From an uncultured bacterium (GTDB lineage Bacteria > Fidelibacterota > UBA2242), in assembly GCA_964576275.1 (NCBI GenBank), contig CAZNUN010000004.1, forward strand, positions 28,736 to 92,735: a DNA stretch of 64,000 bases. Reading direction: 5' to 3'. Shown here piece after piece: positions 10,786-20,081 of the stretch; positions within the stretch are counted from its first letter, which is position 1; each line of letters begins with the position of its first letter. Under the pieces are notes generated by a model. That model was not told the origin of the DNA and did no database searches. It was given only the letters and a program-made list of their open reading frames with translations. The position numbers were made by a program, and so were the translations under genes.

Positions 10786-11868
10786 ATGAACGAATCCAAA
10801 CGCAAGATTACCCGCACTGTGCAGGTCGGCAATGTCCCCATCGGCGGGGGCTTTCCGATTCCGGTTCAGTCCATGACGACCGCCAAAACGCACGATCTGG
10901 ATAAAATTCTGCCGCAAATCGAAAGACTCGAAGCCGCCGGCTGCCAGATTATCCGGATAACCGTTCCGGATGAAGCTGCGGTTAAAGCCCTGCCGGAAAT
11001 CCGGAAACGCATGACCGTGCCGTTGGTGGCCGATATTCATTTCGATTACCGGCTGGCGCTGGGAGCCATCGATGCCGGCGCCAATAAAATCCGCATCAAT
11101 CCCGGCAATATCGGCGGCGCTGAACGAGTAAGAGCCGTGTTGTCGAAAGCCCGCGCCGCCCGGGTGCCGATCCGCATCGGGGTCAATTCCGGTTCGCTGG
11201 AGAAGGATTTGCTGGCTAAATATGGTTCGGCGACGCCGGCCGCCATGCTGGAGAGTGCCCGCCGCCACCTGGAAATCTGCGAAGAAAATGATTTCCGCGA
11301 CGTCATCGTGGCGCTGAAATCCAGCGAAGTCGGCCTGATGATCGCCGCCAACCGCCTGTTTGCCGAACATTACGATTATCCGCTGCACCTGGGAGTGACC
11401 GAGTCCGGCCCGGCCTGGTCCGGCACGATCAAGTCGGCGATTGGGATTGGCACACTGCTGGCGGAAGGCATCGGCGACACCCTGCGGGTTTCACTGACGG
11501 CCGATCCGGTCGAGGAAGTCCGCGCCGGTTTTGAAATCCTGAAAGCCCTGGATTTGAATCCCAATGGTATTCGCTTAGTGTCCTGCCCGACCTGCGGGCG
11601 CACCTCGGTCAATCTGATTGAAATCGTTACGGAAGTCGAACAAAAGATCCGTGACATTAAGAAAAACCTCACCGTGGCCGTTATGGGCTGCGAAGTCAAC
11701 GGTCCCGGGGAAGCCCGCGCCGCCGATCTCGGCATTGCCTTTGGCAAAAACGTGGCTTTGTTGTTTAAAAGCGGCCAGGTCGTCGCCCGCCTAAAACCGG
11801 AGGAAGCTGTGCCCCGGTTATTGCTGGAAATCGAAAATTGGAACCCGACAGAAAAGGAGATTCCATGA
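10786..11868 (+). CDS. ispG: 4-hydroxy-3-methylbut-2-en-1-yl diphosphate synthase (IspG/GcpE)
   Basis: Full-length IspG-like; C-terminal 4Fe-4S motif VSCPTCGRT…GCEVNGPGEA. Confidence 0.95.
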   Translation: MNESKRKITRTVQVGNVPIGGGFPIPVQSMTTAKTHDLDKILPQIERLEAAGCQIIRITVPDEAAVKALPEIRKRMTVPLVADIHFDYRLALGAIDAGANKIRINPGNIGGAERVRAVLSKARAARVPIRIGVNSGSLEKDLLAKYGSATPAAMLESARRHLEICEENDFRDVIVALKSSEVGLMIAANRLFAEHYDYPLHLGVTESGPAWSGTIKSAIGIGTLLAEGIGDTLRVSLTADPVEEVRAGFEILKALDLNPNGIRLVSCPTCGRTSVNLIEIVTEVEQKIRDIKKNLTVAVMGCEVNGPGEARAADLGIAFGKNVALLFKSGQVVARLKPEEAVPRLLLEIENWNPTEKEIP

Positions 11869-12560
11869 TGAATAAAATTACATTTGCTTGTTTATGCTTT
11901 TTACTCAGCAGTACTATTTTGGCTCAGGAGCCGGCCGCGCCGGCGGTTACTTCGCCGGACACGACCACCCAAATTCCGGCTGCCCAAGCCCCCGCTCAAC
12001 CCGTCCCTGAAAACCAGGTCAATTTACCGCTCGAACCGTTACCAACCGAGCCGTCGGTCACGGATACGGTTGCGCCGGTTATCCCGGAACCAACTCCGCA
12101 GGAGCAGACATCGGCGCCCCGTCCGCCGGTTGCTCCGGGTTTAATTCCGCCGCAGCCAGTTCTGCCCTTGATCGCGCCCAAAACAGCCCAAATGAAACCT
12201 TCGGAGACGACCAATTACGCCCAGATGATCTATTGGAAATCACTGACTAAGGACGAGAAAAAAGTATTTCTGGATGCCTATCTTTTTAGGACTTACGAGA
12301 CGCTCGAACAAGTCAAAAGGTTACCGGAAATGAAATCAGCCATCAAATCATTTCAGAAAAAAATCGCCGATCCGGTCTTCGATCTTTTCCGTCCTCTCAA
12401 TGAAAAGCAGAAAGACGACCTGGTGTTCTGGATTGACATTTTTTACCGTAATGATCTGAACAAGGATAAAAACTTTTATGAGGCTCTGCGATATGCCGGT
12501 GAAAAAATGAAGGTCGGTCATCGCTCAATGCACGAGATTTATCAGGAACATAACGAGTAA
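11865..12560 (+). CDS. secreted proline-rich hypothetical protein
   Basis: ATGATG start overlapping the ispG stop (ATGA). Signal peptide MMNKITFACLCFLLSSTILAQ. Long P/A/T/Q-rich linker followed by a charged C-terminal domain. Confidence 0.45.
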   Translation: MMNKITFACLCFLLSSTILAQEPAAPAVTSPDTTTQIPAAQAPAQPVPENQVNLPLEPLPTEPSVTDTVAPVIPEPTPQEQTSAPRPPVAPGLIPPQPVLPLIAPKTAQMKPSETTNYAQMIYWKSLTKDEKKVFLDAYLFRTYETLEQVKRLPEMKSAIKSFQKKIADPVFDLFRPLNEKQKDDLVFWIDIFYRNDLNKDKNFYEALRYAGEKMKVGHRSMHEIYQEHNE

Positions 12561-12597
12561 CCCGCCAAAGATTCAACTTCCGGTTATTTGTGGAAAA

Positions 12598-13503
12598 ATG
12601 TCTCTACGCTTTTATATCGAGTATTGGCTGATCGGAATCTTGCGCGGCCTTCTTGGGCGTTTTTCTCCACGAGGGCGCCGTTGTCTGGCCGGTATCGCCG
12701 GAAATATGATCTATTGGTTCGCTCCTTACCGTCGGGCGACTATGCATAGCAACCTGCGAAAGGCTTTTCCGGGGAAATTACCCAAATGGCGCCGCCAGAT
12801 TATCCGGCAATGCTATCTACATTTCGCCCGGGTGTATTTCGACTTTTTCCCGCTTTATGAAGCTCCTGCCGGGAAATTCGATAATCTGGTGGAATGCGCC
12901 GATCAAAGCGTGCTGGACGCCGCTCTGACTCACAAACGCGGCGTGGTGCTGGTGCTGTTTCACTTCGGCAACTGGGAAGTCTGCGCCGACTGGTTTGCCA
13001 GGCACGGCTACCGCATCGCGGCGGTTGCCAAAAAGATGAAAAATCCGCTGGCCGATAAACTTTTTCTGCATACCAGAACACATAATGGTTTGCAGATATT
13101 ACCAAAAACCAAGGCCAACTCACTCCGTATCTGGAAATATCTCCGGGATGAAAACATTCTCTATCTTTTAGCCGATCAGGACGCCCGGCGCAACGGGATA
13201 TTCGTAAAATTTTTCGGGCAATGGTCGTCCAGCCACCGCGGCCCGGCTCTGTTTGCTTTACGCCAGAAAGCGCCGCTAATCGCCGCTCATTGCCTGCGGG
13301 AGGCCAACGGAAAGTATCTTATTCGTTTGAAACAGATCGACACCACGATTCCGCCTGAACAAAAAGGGGAACAGTTTAAGTATTTAACCCAGCAAATCGC
13401 CTCGTATTTTGAGGAATTGATCCGTAACTGTCCGGAACAATATTACTGGTTTCACCGGCGCTGGAAAACCCAGCCGCCGCCTGATATTTTAGGAGACGTA
13501 TGA
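12598..13503 (+). CDS. lipid A biosynthesis (Kdo2-lipid IVA) acyltransferase, LpxL/HtrB family
   Basis: Length and N-terminal membrane anchor fit LpxL. HFGNWE motif (the HX4D/E-type acyltransferase motif of the LpxL family). Confidence 0.65.
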   Translation: MSLRFYIEYWLIGILRGLLGRFSPRGRRCLAGIAGNMIYWFAPYRRATMHSNLRKAFPGKLPKWRRQIIRQCYLHFARVYFDFFPLYEAPAGKFDNLVECADQSVLDAALTHKRGVVLVLFHFGNWEVCADWFARHGYRIAAVAKKMKNPLADKLFLHTRTHNGLQILPKTKANSLRIWKYLRDENILYLLADQDARRNGIFVKFFGQWSSSHRGPALFALRQKAPLIAAHCLREANGKYLIRLKQIDTTIPPEQKGEQFKYLTQQIASYFEELIRNCPEQYYWFHRRWKTQPPPDILGDV

Positions 13504-14135
13504 CTGAAATAATTGCCCTTGAAAAATTGTTTCACGATGAAAAACGTACCGTCCTGACGGCTTTGCAAAGCGGTGCGATGATTGTCTATCCGACCGACAC
13601 GATTTATGGTCTGGGCGTCGATGCCTACAATGCCAAAGCCGTACAGAGCTTACTCGACCTGAAGGGCCGGCCGCCCGGCAAACCGGTCAGCGTCCTCTAC
13701 GCCGATGTCGAATCCCTGTTTCGCGATTTCAAGCATTTGAATGCTTATCAGCAAAAAGTCGTACGTAGTCTCTTGCCTGGTAAAATCACCCTGATATTGC
13801 CGACTGCTCCGCACAACCGGTTCCCCAAGGAAATCACCAGCGATAATACCCTGGGCGTGCGGGTTATCGAACTGGAGGCGCTGAACTGCATTCTGCGCCA
13901 GTTTCCGCATCCGATTACGACTACCAGCGTCAATCCGGCCGGACAGCCGCCAGCCCGCAGTGTGGCTCAAATATTAAGTTACTTTGGTGATCGAATTGCG
14001 CTAATTTTAGCCCATGATAAAACCACCGATTCAGTCCCGTCCACGCTGGTCAGGGTGAATGAAAATTCTCTGGAAATCATTCGTCCCGGCGCCGTCACTG
14101 CAACCGAACTCGAAGAAAGAATGAAGCTTTTATGA
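13500..14135 (+). CDS. tsaC: L-threonylcarbamoyladenylate synthase (YrdC/TsaC/Sua5 domain)
   Basis: YrdC motif region (YPTDTIYGLGVDAYNAKAVQSLLDLKGRPPGKPVSVL); 211 aa. Confidence 0.85.
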   Translation: MTEIIALEKLFHDEKRTVLTALQSGAMIVYPTDTIYGLGVDAYNAKAVQSLLDLKGRPPGKPVSVLYADVESLFRDFKHLNAYQQKVVRSLLPGKITLILPTAPHNRFPKEITSDNTLGVRVIELEALNCILRQFPHPITTTSVNPAGQPPARSVAQILSYFGDRIALILAHDKTTDSVPSTLVRVNENSLEIIRPGAVTATELEERMKLL

Positions 14136-15976
14136 ATATTTATCTGCGCATCCTGAAGTTGGTCCGACCTTACTGGGCGGCGCTCGGCCTCAGCTTGATC
14201 ACATCGCTGATTTATGTAATTTTCAACAGTTCGTCCGTCTGGTTGACCGGTTCGTTTGCCAAGGTCCTTTTCCCGGAGGGCGCCGGCGACGGGATCAGCC
14301 AGGTCGTGCCGCTGGGGTCAGGTCAGACCAAAGGCGGCGTCAATCAGGCTTTGAAAGATTTTACCGATCGCCTGATCCTGCGCGATACGCCGACCGGTTC
14401 GCTGAAGGCGCTCTGTCTGATGATTTTTATGACTTTTCTGCTGAAGAACATCTTTTTATACATTAAAAATGTTGCCATCGGTTTCGTTCAATTGCGTATG
14501 ATAAACGATGTGCGCAATCAAATTTATACTCATTTGCACGATCTGTCGCTGGCCTATTTCAACCGCAAACGCGGCGGCGAAATTGCTTCGATCATAATGA
14601 ACGACGTCAGCGCGATGCGTCACTCCTTCACAGTCAGTTTCGATAAACTACTGGTCGAGCCAATCAATATTCTGACTTTCATGGCGCTGCTTTTCATTAT
14701 TTCCTGGCAAATGGCGTTGATGGCGGTGGTCATTCTGCCGGTCAGCGGATTTATCATTTCCAAAATCGGTCAGAGCATCCGGCGTAAATCTCTCCGCACT
14801 TCGCGCCAGATCGCCGGCATTATGGCGATCCTGGATGAGACCCTTCAGGGAATGCGCGTCGTAAAAGCCTTCGCGATGGAAAAGTTCGAGATCGGCCGCT
14901 TCGTGGCTGAGAGTAAAAAATACTTCAAATTGCTTTTTCGCCGCAAGAAACTGCGCGAAATCTCATCGCCGGTCAACGAGACTTTCGGCGTGCTGATCGG
15001 GATTCTTTTACTATGGTTCGGCGGCAGACAGGTGTTGGGAGGAACCGGCATAGAGGCCGAAGATTTTATCCGCTTTATCATTATGCTATTCGCCATTATG
15101 ACCCCGATCAAGAGCCTGAACAATGTCACCATGGAACTGCAGGAAGGGCTGGCCTCCGCTCAGCGGGTTTTTTCCATCATTGATGAAAAGCCGGACGTCA
15201 CCGAGAAGCCGAACGCCATTGTCATTTCTGAATTCAAAAATCAGATCGTCTATGAGAATGTTTCCTTCAGGTACGAAACTTCGCGCGCCGAAGTTTTGGA
15301 TCAAATCAACCTGGAAATCAAAAAAGGCGAAATCGTCGCCATCGTCGGCCACAGCGGAGCCGGCAAATCCACGCTGGTCGACCTCCTGCCGCGCTTTTAC
15401 GATCCGACCGGCGGGCGCATTCTGATCGACGGCATTCCGAATACCGATTTGACTTTTGCCTCGTTGCGCTCCCTGATGGGCATCGTCACCCAACATACGA
15501 TCCTTTTCAATGATACGATTTTCAACAATATAGCTTACGGTATCCGCGATTTCGATCCGCAGAAGGTTCGCGCCGCCGCCGAAGCCGCCAACGCTCTGGA
15601 ATTCATCGAGGAATTTCCCGATAAATTCGAAACCATGATCGGCGACAAAGGTTTGCGTATTTCCGGCGGCCAGCGTCAGCGCCTGGCAATCGCCCGGGCT
15701 CTGCTGAAAAATCCGCCCATCCTGATTCTCGACGAAGCCACCTCGTCGCTCGACACCGAATCCGAACAAAAAGTACAGATCGCGATCGAGCGCCTGATGA
15801 AAGACCGCACCGTGCTGGTCATAGCCCATCGTCTGTCAACAATACAGAATGCTCATAAAATCATTGTGTTGGATCACGGCCGTATCGTCGAAACCGGAAC
15901 TCATGACGCGCTCTTGAACCGAAAAAACAGCGTGTACCGCACTTTCTACGAAACTCAATTCGCCAAAAACGAGTAG
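14132..15976 (+). CDS. ABC transporter, fused permease/ATP-binding protein (MsbA-like lipid exporter)
   Basis: Six-TM N-terminal domain. Walker A (GHSGAGKST), ABC signature (LSGGQRQRLAIARALL) and Walker B (ILILDEATSSLD). Confidence 0.85.
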   Translation: MNIYLRILKLVRPYWAALGLSLITSLIYVIFNSSSVWLTGSFAKVLFPEGAGDGISQVVPLGSGQTKGGVNQALKDFTDRLILRDTPTGSLKALCLMIFMTFLLKNIFLYIKNVAIGFVQLRMINDVRNQIYTHLHDLSLAYFNRKRGGEIASIIMNDVSAMRHSFTVSFDKLLVEPINILTFMALLFIISWQMALMAVVILPVSGFIISKIGQSIRRKSLRTSRQIAGIMAILDETLQGMRVVKAFAMEKFEIGRFVAESKKYFKLLFRRKKLREISSPVNETFGVLIGILLLWFGGRQVLGGTGIEAEDFIRFIIMLFAIMTPIKSLNNVTMELQEGLASAQRVFSIIDEKPDVTEKPNAIVISEFKNQIVYENVSFRYETSRAEVLDQINLEIKKGEIVAIVGHSGAGKSTLVDLLPRFYDPTGGRILIDGIPNTDLTFASLRSLMGIVTQHTILFNDTIFNNIAYGIRDFDPQKVRAAAEAANALEFIEEFPDKFETMIGDKGLRISGGQRQRLAIARALLKNPPILILDEATSSLDTESEQKVQIAIERLMKDRTVLVIAHRLSTIQNAHKIIVLDHGRIVETGTHDALLNRKNSVYRTFYETQFAKNE

Positions 15977-15987
15977 GGGAAGATTCT

Positions 15988-17412
15988 TTGGCCGGTAAAA
16001 GTCACCAAGCAAACGATCTGGCGCGCCTGCCGTCCGTCCAAAAGATTCTCGAACGCCTGGCGCAAACGCCGATCCATCTCAAACCGGCAGTCCTGACGAT
16101 GCTTGTCCGTCAGGAACTCGGCCGACTGCGGGCGGACATCCGCAGTGGCAAATTGGTTCTATCAGAGGACCTAGATCCGGTTGAAATAGTAACTGGCAAA
16201 GTCTCAGATAAAGTAAATGTCCTGATAGGCGGCCGCTTGAGGAAGGTGATTAACGCGACCGGTATTGTTCTGCACACCGGACTGGGACGCGCGCCGTTCG
16301 GCCCAGAAATGTCGCAATCACTGGCGGAATTGCTGAGCGGCTATGTCAATCTGGAATTTGATCTCGAGTCCGGCGAACGCGGCGAGCGGCTCGAACTGGT
16401 CGAGGAACAATTGCAATTGCTGACCGGCGCCGAATCGTCGGCGGTCGTCAATAATAACGCCGCGGCGGTTATGCTGACGCTCAACTCGCTGGCGGAAGGT
16501 AAGGAAGTACTCGTTTCCCGTGGTGAACTGATCGAGATTGGCGGCAGCTTTCGCCTGCCGGACGTTATGAAAAAAAGCGGCGCCAGGATGGTAGAAGTCG
16601 GTACTACGAACCGGACCTATCTTTCCGATTATCAGAAATCTCATAGCCGCCGGACCGCCGCCGTGCTGCTGGCGCATTCATCCAATTATAAAATCGAAGG
16701 TTTTACGACCAAACCAGAAACCGGCGCAATAATCACTTGGGCGCATTCAAAAAAACTGCCGGTAATTTACGACCTGGGCAGCGGCGCGCTTGTCCCGATG
16801 GATGCCGCCGGATTACCATATGAACCGGTCGTTCCGGAGGTCGTCCGACAGGGCTTTGACGTCGTCACGTTCAGCGGCGATAAACTACTGGGCGGGCCGC
16901 AGGCCGGATTGATTCTGGGGAAAAAGAGGTATGTCGAGCGCATTCGGAAAAACCCGTTGATGCGGGTGCTGCGCTGCGATAAAACGGTTTTCGCTTTAAT
17001 GCAGTACACTCTCGGACAATATTTATTAGACGGAACGATTCCGGGCCTCGGAACCTATCATTGTCTGACGGCAACTCCGGCAATCCTCCAAAAACGGGCT
17101 GAAGCAATTCTCCGGGCTGTCGACCCTGAAATAGTTCAGACGCTTGGCTTGACAGTACGGGAATCTGTAGTCGAAGCCGGCAGCGGCGCCATGCCGACCG
17201 CTAAAATTCCAAGTGTCGCAATAGTTGCCAAACCACGTGACATTGCTGAGAATCAATTAGCCCGGCGGTTGCGTTTGTACCGTATTCCGGTAATCGGCTA
17301 CTGCAAAGACGGCGAATTTTGGCTCGATCTGAAAGCCGTTTCCGCGGCTGATTTATCAGTCATTCCGGCGGCCATCAACGCCATCGGCCATTCATTAATC
17401 TCCAATCTCTGA
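15988..17412 (+). CDS. selA: L-seryl-tRNA(Sec) selenium transferase (selenocysteine synthase)
   Basis: SelA N-terminal (LPSVQKILERL) and PLP-fold regions (VNNNAAAVMLTLNSLAEGKEVLVSRGELIEIGGSFR). TTG/alternative start. Confidence 0.9.
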   Translation: MAGKSHQANDLARLPSVQKILERLAQTPIHLKPAVLTMLVRQELGRLRADIRSGKLVLSEDLDPVEIVTGKVSDKVNVLIGGRLRKVINATGIVLHTGLGRAPFGPEMSQSLAELLSGYVNLEFDLESGERGERLELVEEQLQLLTGAESSAVVNNNAAAVMLTLNSLAEGKEVLVSRGELIEIGGSFRLPDVMKKSGARMVEVGTTNRTYLSDYQKSHSRRTAAVLLAHSSNYKIEGFTTKPETGAIITWAHSKKLPVIYDLGSGALVPMDAAGLPYEPVVPEVVRQGFDVVTFSGDKLLGGPQAGLILGKKRYVERIRKNPLMRVLRCDKTVFALMQYTLGQYLLDGTIPGLGTYHCLTATPAILQKRAEAILRAVDPEIVQTLGLTVRESVVEAGSGAMPTAKIPSVAIVAKPRDIAENQLARRLRLYRIPVIGYCKDGEFWLDLKAVSAADLSVIPAAINAIGHSLISNL

Positions 17413-17416
17413 AGAT

Positions 17417-19291
17417 ATGCGCGCGCTAATTATCGGCACCGCCGGACACATCGATCACGGAAAATCGGCGCTGGTGAAAGCCCTTACCGGAACCGATCCG
17501 GACCGCCTGGCCGAAGAGCAGGAGCGCGGCATGACAATCGATATCGGTTTTGCCTTCCTGAATGACAAGATCGCTTTTATCGATGTCCCCGGGCACGAAC
17601 GTTTTATTAAAAATATGGTGACCGGCGCGGCGACGGTGGAGGTTGCCATGCTGGTGATAGCCGCGGATGACGGCGTCATGCCACAGACCCGCGAACATCT
17701 CGAGATTCTCAAATTACTGGGAATTCGCAACGGTTTAATCGTCATCAATAAAATCGACCTGGTGAAAGCCGATTGGCTGGAGATGATTACCGAAGACGTC
17801 CGGCAATTGGTCAAGGGCTCGTTCCTGGAAAATGCGCCGGTTTTCAAGGTCTCGGCCGTCACTGGAAGCGGTCTTTCCGAACTGCGTCGCTATTTAACCG
17901 AATTGCCGGCCGGAATTCCTGAAGTGCAATCTTCCGGGCTATTTCGTTTGCCGGTCGATCGCGTTTTTTCAGCCAAAGGTTTCGGCACGGTTGTAACCGG
18001 GACAGTGCTTTCCGGTGCGGTCAAAGTCGGGGATGAAGTCGAGATTATGCCGACCGGTCAGCGGGTGAAAATCCGCGGTCTGCAATCGCATAATAACACC
18101 GTTGGTTCGATTGCCAGAGGGCAGCGGGCGGCGCTCAATCTGGCCGGCGTCACGCGCTCGGAAATCGAACGCGGAATGCTGATCGTTACGCCGGGCGCTT
18201 TTCGCAAAACAAACCTGCTGACCGTTTATCTGGAATCTTTGCCGCAGTCCCCGCCGATCAAATATAATGATCAGTTGCGCTTGCACCTCGGCACCGGCGA
18301 ATATATCGTACGGATTCGTTTGATCGGGCGCGATCAATTGTTGCCGGGAACGGTTGGAATAGTCCAATTAATTTTCGGGCGACCGGTTTCCGCCGGCTTC
18401 CGGGATCGATTTATTCTGCGTTCATATTCGCCCCTTGAAACAATCGGCGGCGGCATAGTACTGGAAAACTGCCCGGAGCCGCTGCGGAAAAAAGACCTGG
18501 CGGTGGCGGCCGGACTTGAAAAGTTGGTCGCGGCCGGTTATGATGAATGGCTGAAGTGGCTGGTTCTCCGTCGCGGTAAGCAATTGACTACGACCGCAGA
18601 ATTATCGCAAGCCCTGACCGTCTCGCCGGATGAGATCGCCGCGCTGCTGACGCGATTGATTGACGGCAACGTGCTGCGCGAGATTAACGGAAAACTGATC
18701 GCCGCGGAGCAATTCAGCGCAAACACCGAAAAGATTATTACAACCCTGACGGACTTTCACCGCAAAAATCCGCTTCTGAACGGTCTGGAGAAAGCCACTT
18801 TATACGGCCAATTGCATCTGGAAGAAATGCTCGGCGACGGGCTGATTGATGAATTAAATAAGGCCGGAAAGGTTAATTTGCTTGGCGATAAATTGGCGCT
18901 GGCCGGCTTTACGCCGCAGTTGAATAACGGGCAAACCTCGCGGCAGGAACGAATTCTCGCGGAGATCGTCGGCTCCGGTCTGACTCCGCCAACGTTGACT
19001 GAACTGGCCGAAAAATTCCAGACCGACCCGGCGGAACTGCGCCAATTGATTAACCTCCTGATCGAACAACAAAAAGTGGTGCTGATCGACCGGATTTTTC
19101 CGTTCAGCACTACAACGCTTGACCAGGCTGGGGAACGGCTTACCCAATTTTTACAAAGGAAAAGCGCGGCGACGGTCAGCGAATTGAAAGATGCGCTCGG
19201 CGTTTCGCGCAAATATGCCATACCAATTTTGAATTATTTCGACCAGAAAGGAGTGACGGTGCGAAATGGTGATCTGCGCAGGCTGGGATAA
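17417..19291 (+). CDS. selB: selenocysteine-specific translation elongation factor SelB
   Basis: GTPase G1 motif (GTAGHIDHGKSALV). EF-Tu-like domains plus the C-terminal winged-helix extension typical of SelB. The last ~107 bp (19185-19291) are duplicated in divergent form at 21599-21705. Confidence 0.9.
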   Translation: MRALIIGTAGHIDHGKSALVKALTGTDPDRLAEEQERGMTIDIGFAFLNDKIAFIDVPGHERFIKNMVTGAATVEVAMLVIAADDGVMPQTREHLEILKLLGIRNGLIVINKIDLVKADWLEMITEDVRQLVKGSFLENAPVFKVSAVTGSGLSELRRYLTELPAGIPEVQSSGLFRLPVDRVFSAKGFGTVVTGTVLSGAVKVGDEVEIMPTGQRVKIRGLQSHNNTVGSIARGQRAALNLAGVTRSEIERGMLIVTPGAFRKTNLLTVYLESLPQSPPIKYNDQLRLHLGTGEYIVRIRLIGRDQLLPGTVGIVQLIFGRPVSAGFRDRFILRSYSPLETIGGGIVLENCPEPLRKKDLAVAAGLEKLVAAGYDEWLKWLVLRRGKQLTTTAELSQALTVSPDEIAALLTRLIDGNVLREINGKLIAAEQFSANTEKIITTLTDFHRKNPLLNGLEKATLYGQLHLEEMLGDGLIDELNKAGKVNLLGDKLALAGFTPQLNNGQTSRQERILAEIVGSGLTPPTLTELAEKFQTDPAELRQLINLLIEQQKVVLIDRIFPFSTTTLDQAGERLTQFLQRKSAATVSELKDALGVSRKYAIPILNYFDQKGVTVRNGDLRRLG

Positions 19292-19664
19292 GACATCGGG
19301 GGAAAAGCATTAATTGTAAAAATCAAATAGAAATGATTAAAATACTCACTAATAGTACCCGCTTTTATTAGAATTGAAGTTAAATGTAAGAAAACAGTTA
19401 TTTCCTTTAAACCAATAATGAAAGAAGGAATTTCAGTGATGTTTAACGTTGATTCGATTTTATCTGCTCCATTCTGGCCTGAGCTTGTTTGAGTAATAGC
19501 TTCAGATACGATTGATGAAGATACCATCAGAGTTCAAGCAGAGGGAATTGCCACTGGTAGATATTACAAACGGCTGATTGATTATAAGGATTTAGATTAA
19601 ATCAGCATTGAAGAAGAAACGCGCTTGAAATTCAACGAAGACGCTGAGAAATTCTTCTTATTCA

Positions 19665-20036
19665 TTGAATCACATCAAATCCGAAATGCTTTCATCGAAA
19701 GAGATTGAATTGATCGGCATGAATGTCGCGATGGAATATGAAACCGAGCGCGGGCGCAAACCAGAAGATGTATCGCTGAAAAACCTTGGTTATGATATAC
19801 ATTCTATTAGTGATACTGAAAGCGAACATCGTTATATCGAAGTAAAAGCGAGTGCCAAGGAAGGCGGAATTCTTCTGACCCAAAATGAATGGTTTATGGC
19901 ACAGAGACTAAAAGATGAGTATTGGCTTTATATAGTCAGCAATGCAATTTCAAATCCGAAACTCTTTCTTATTCAGAATCCTGCCGCTAAATTACAACCT
20001 GCCGAGGTAATTGAAACCGTGAGATACGTTATTTAA
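19665..20036 (+). CDS. DUF3883 domain protein (restriction-endonuclease-like fold), possibly the C-terminal remnant of a longer gene
   Basis: GYDIHSISDTESEHRYIEVKAS…LTQNEW…YWLYIV matches the DUF3883 core (D…EVK). Upstream 19440-19660 holds short broken reading frames, suggesting truncation. Confidence 0.6.
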   Translation: MNHIKSEMLSSKEIELIGMNVAMEYETERGRKPEDVSLKNLGYDIHSISDTESEHRYIEVKASAKEGGILLTQNEWFMAQRLKDEYWLYIVSNAISNPKLFLIQNPAAKLQPAEVIETVRYVI

Positions 20037-20081
20037 AACCGGAATAAAAGTAACATTATCACCACCGATTGAAATAACACA

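Noticed and set aside
19234-19527. 97-aa minus-strand ORF at the selB/islet junction
   Set aside because: It overlaps the selB 3' end antisense and runs into AT-rich non-coding DNA; it has no homology signal and a low-complexity translation.
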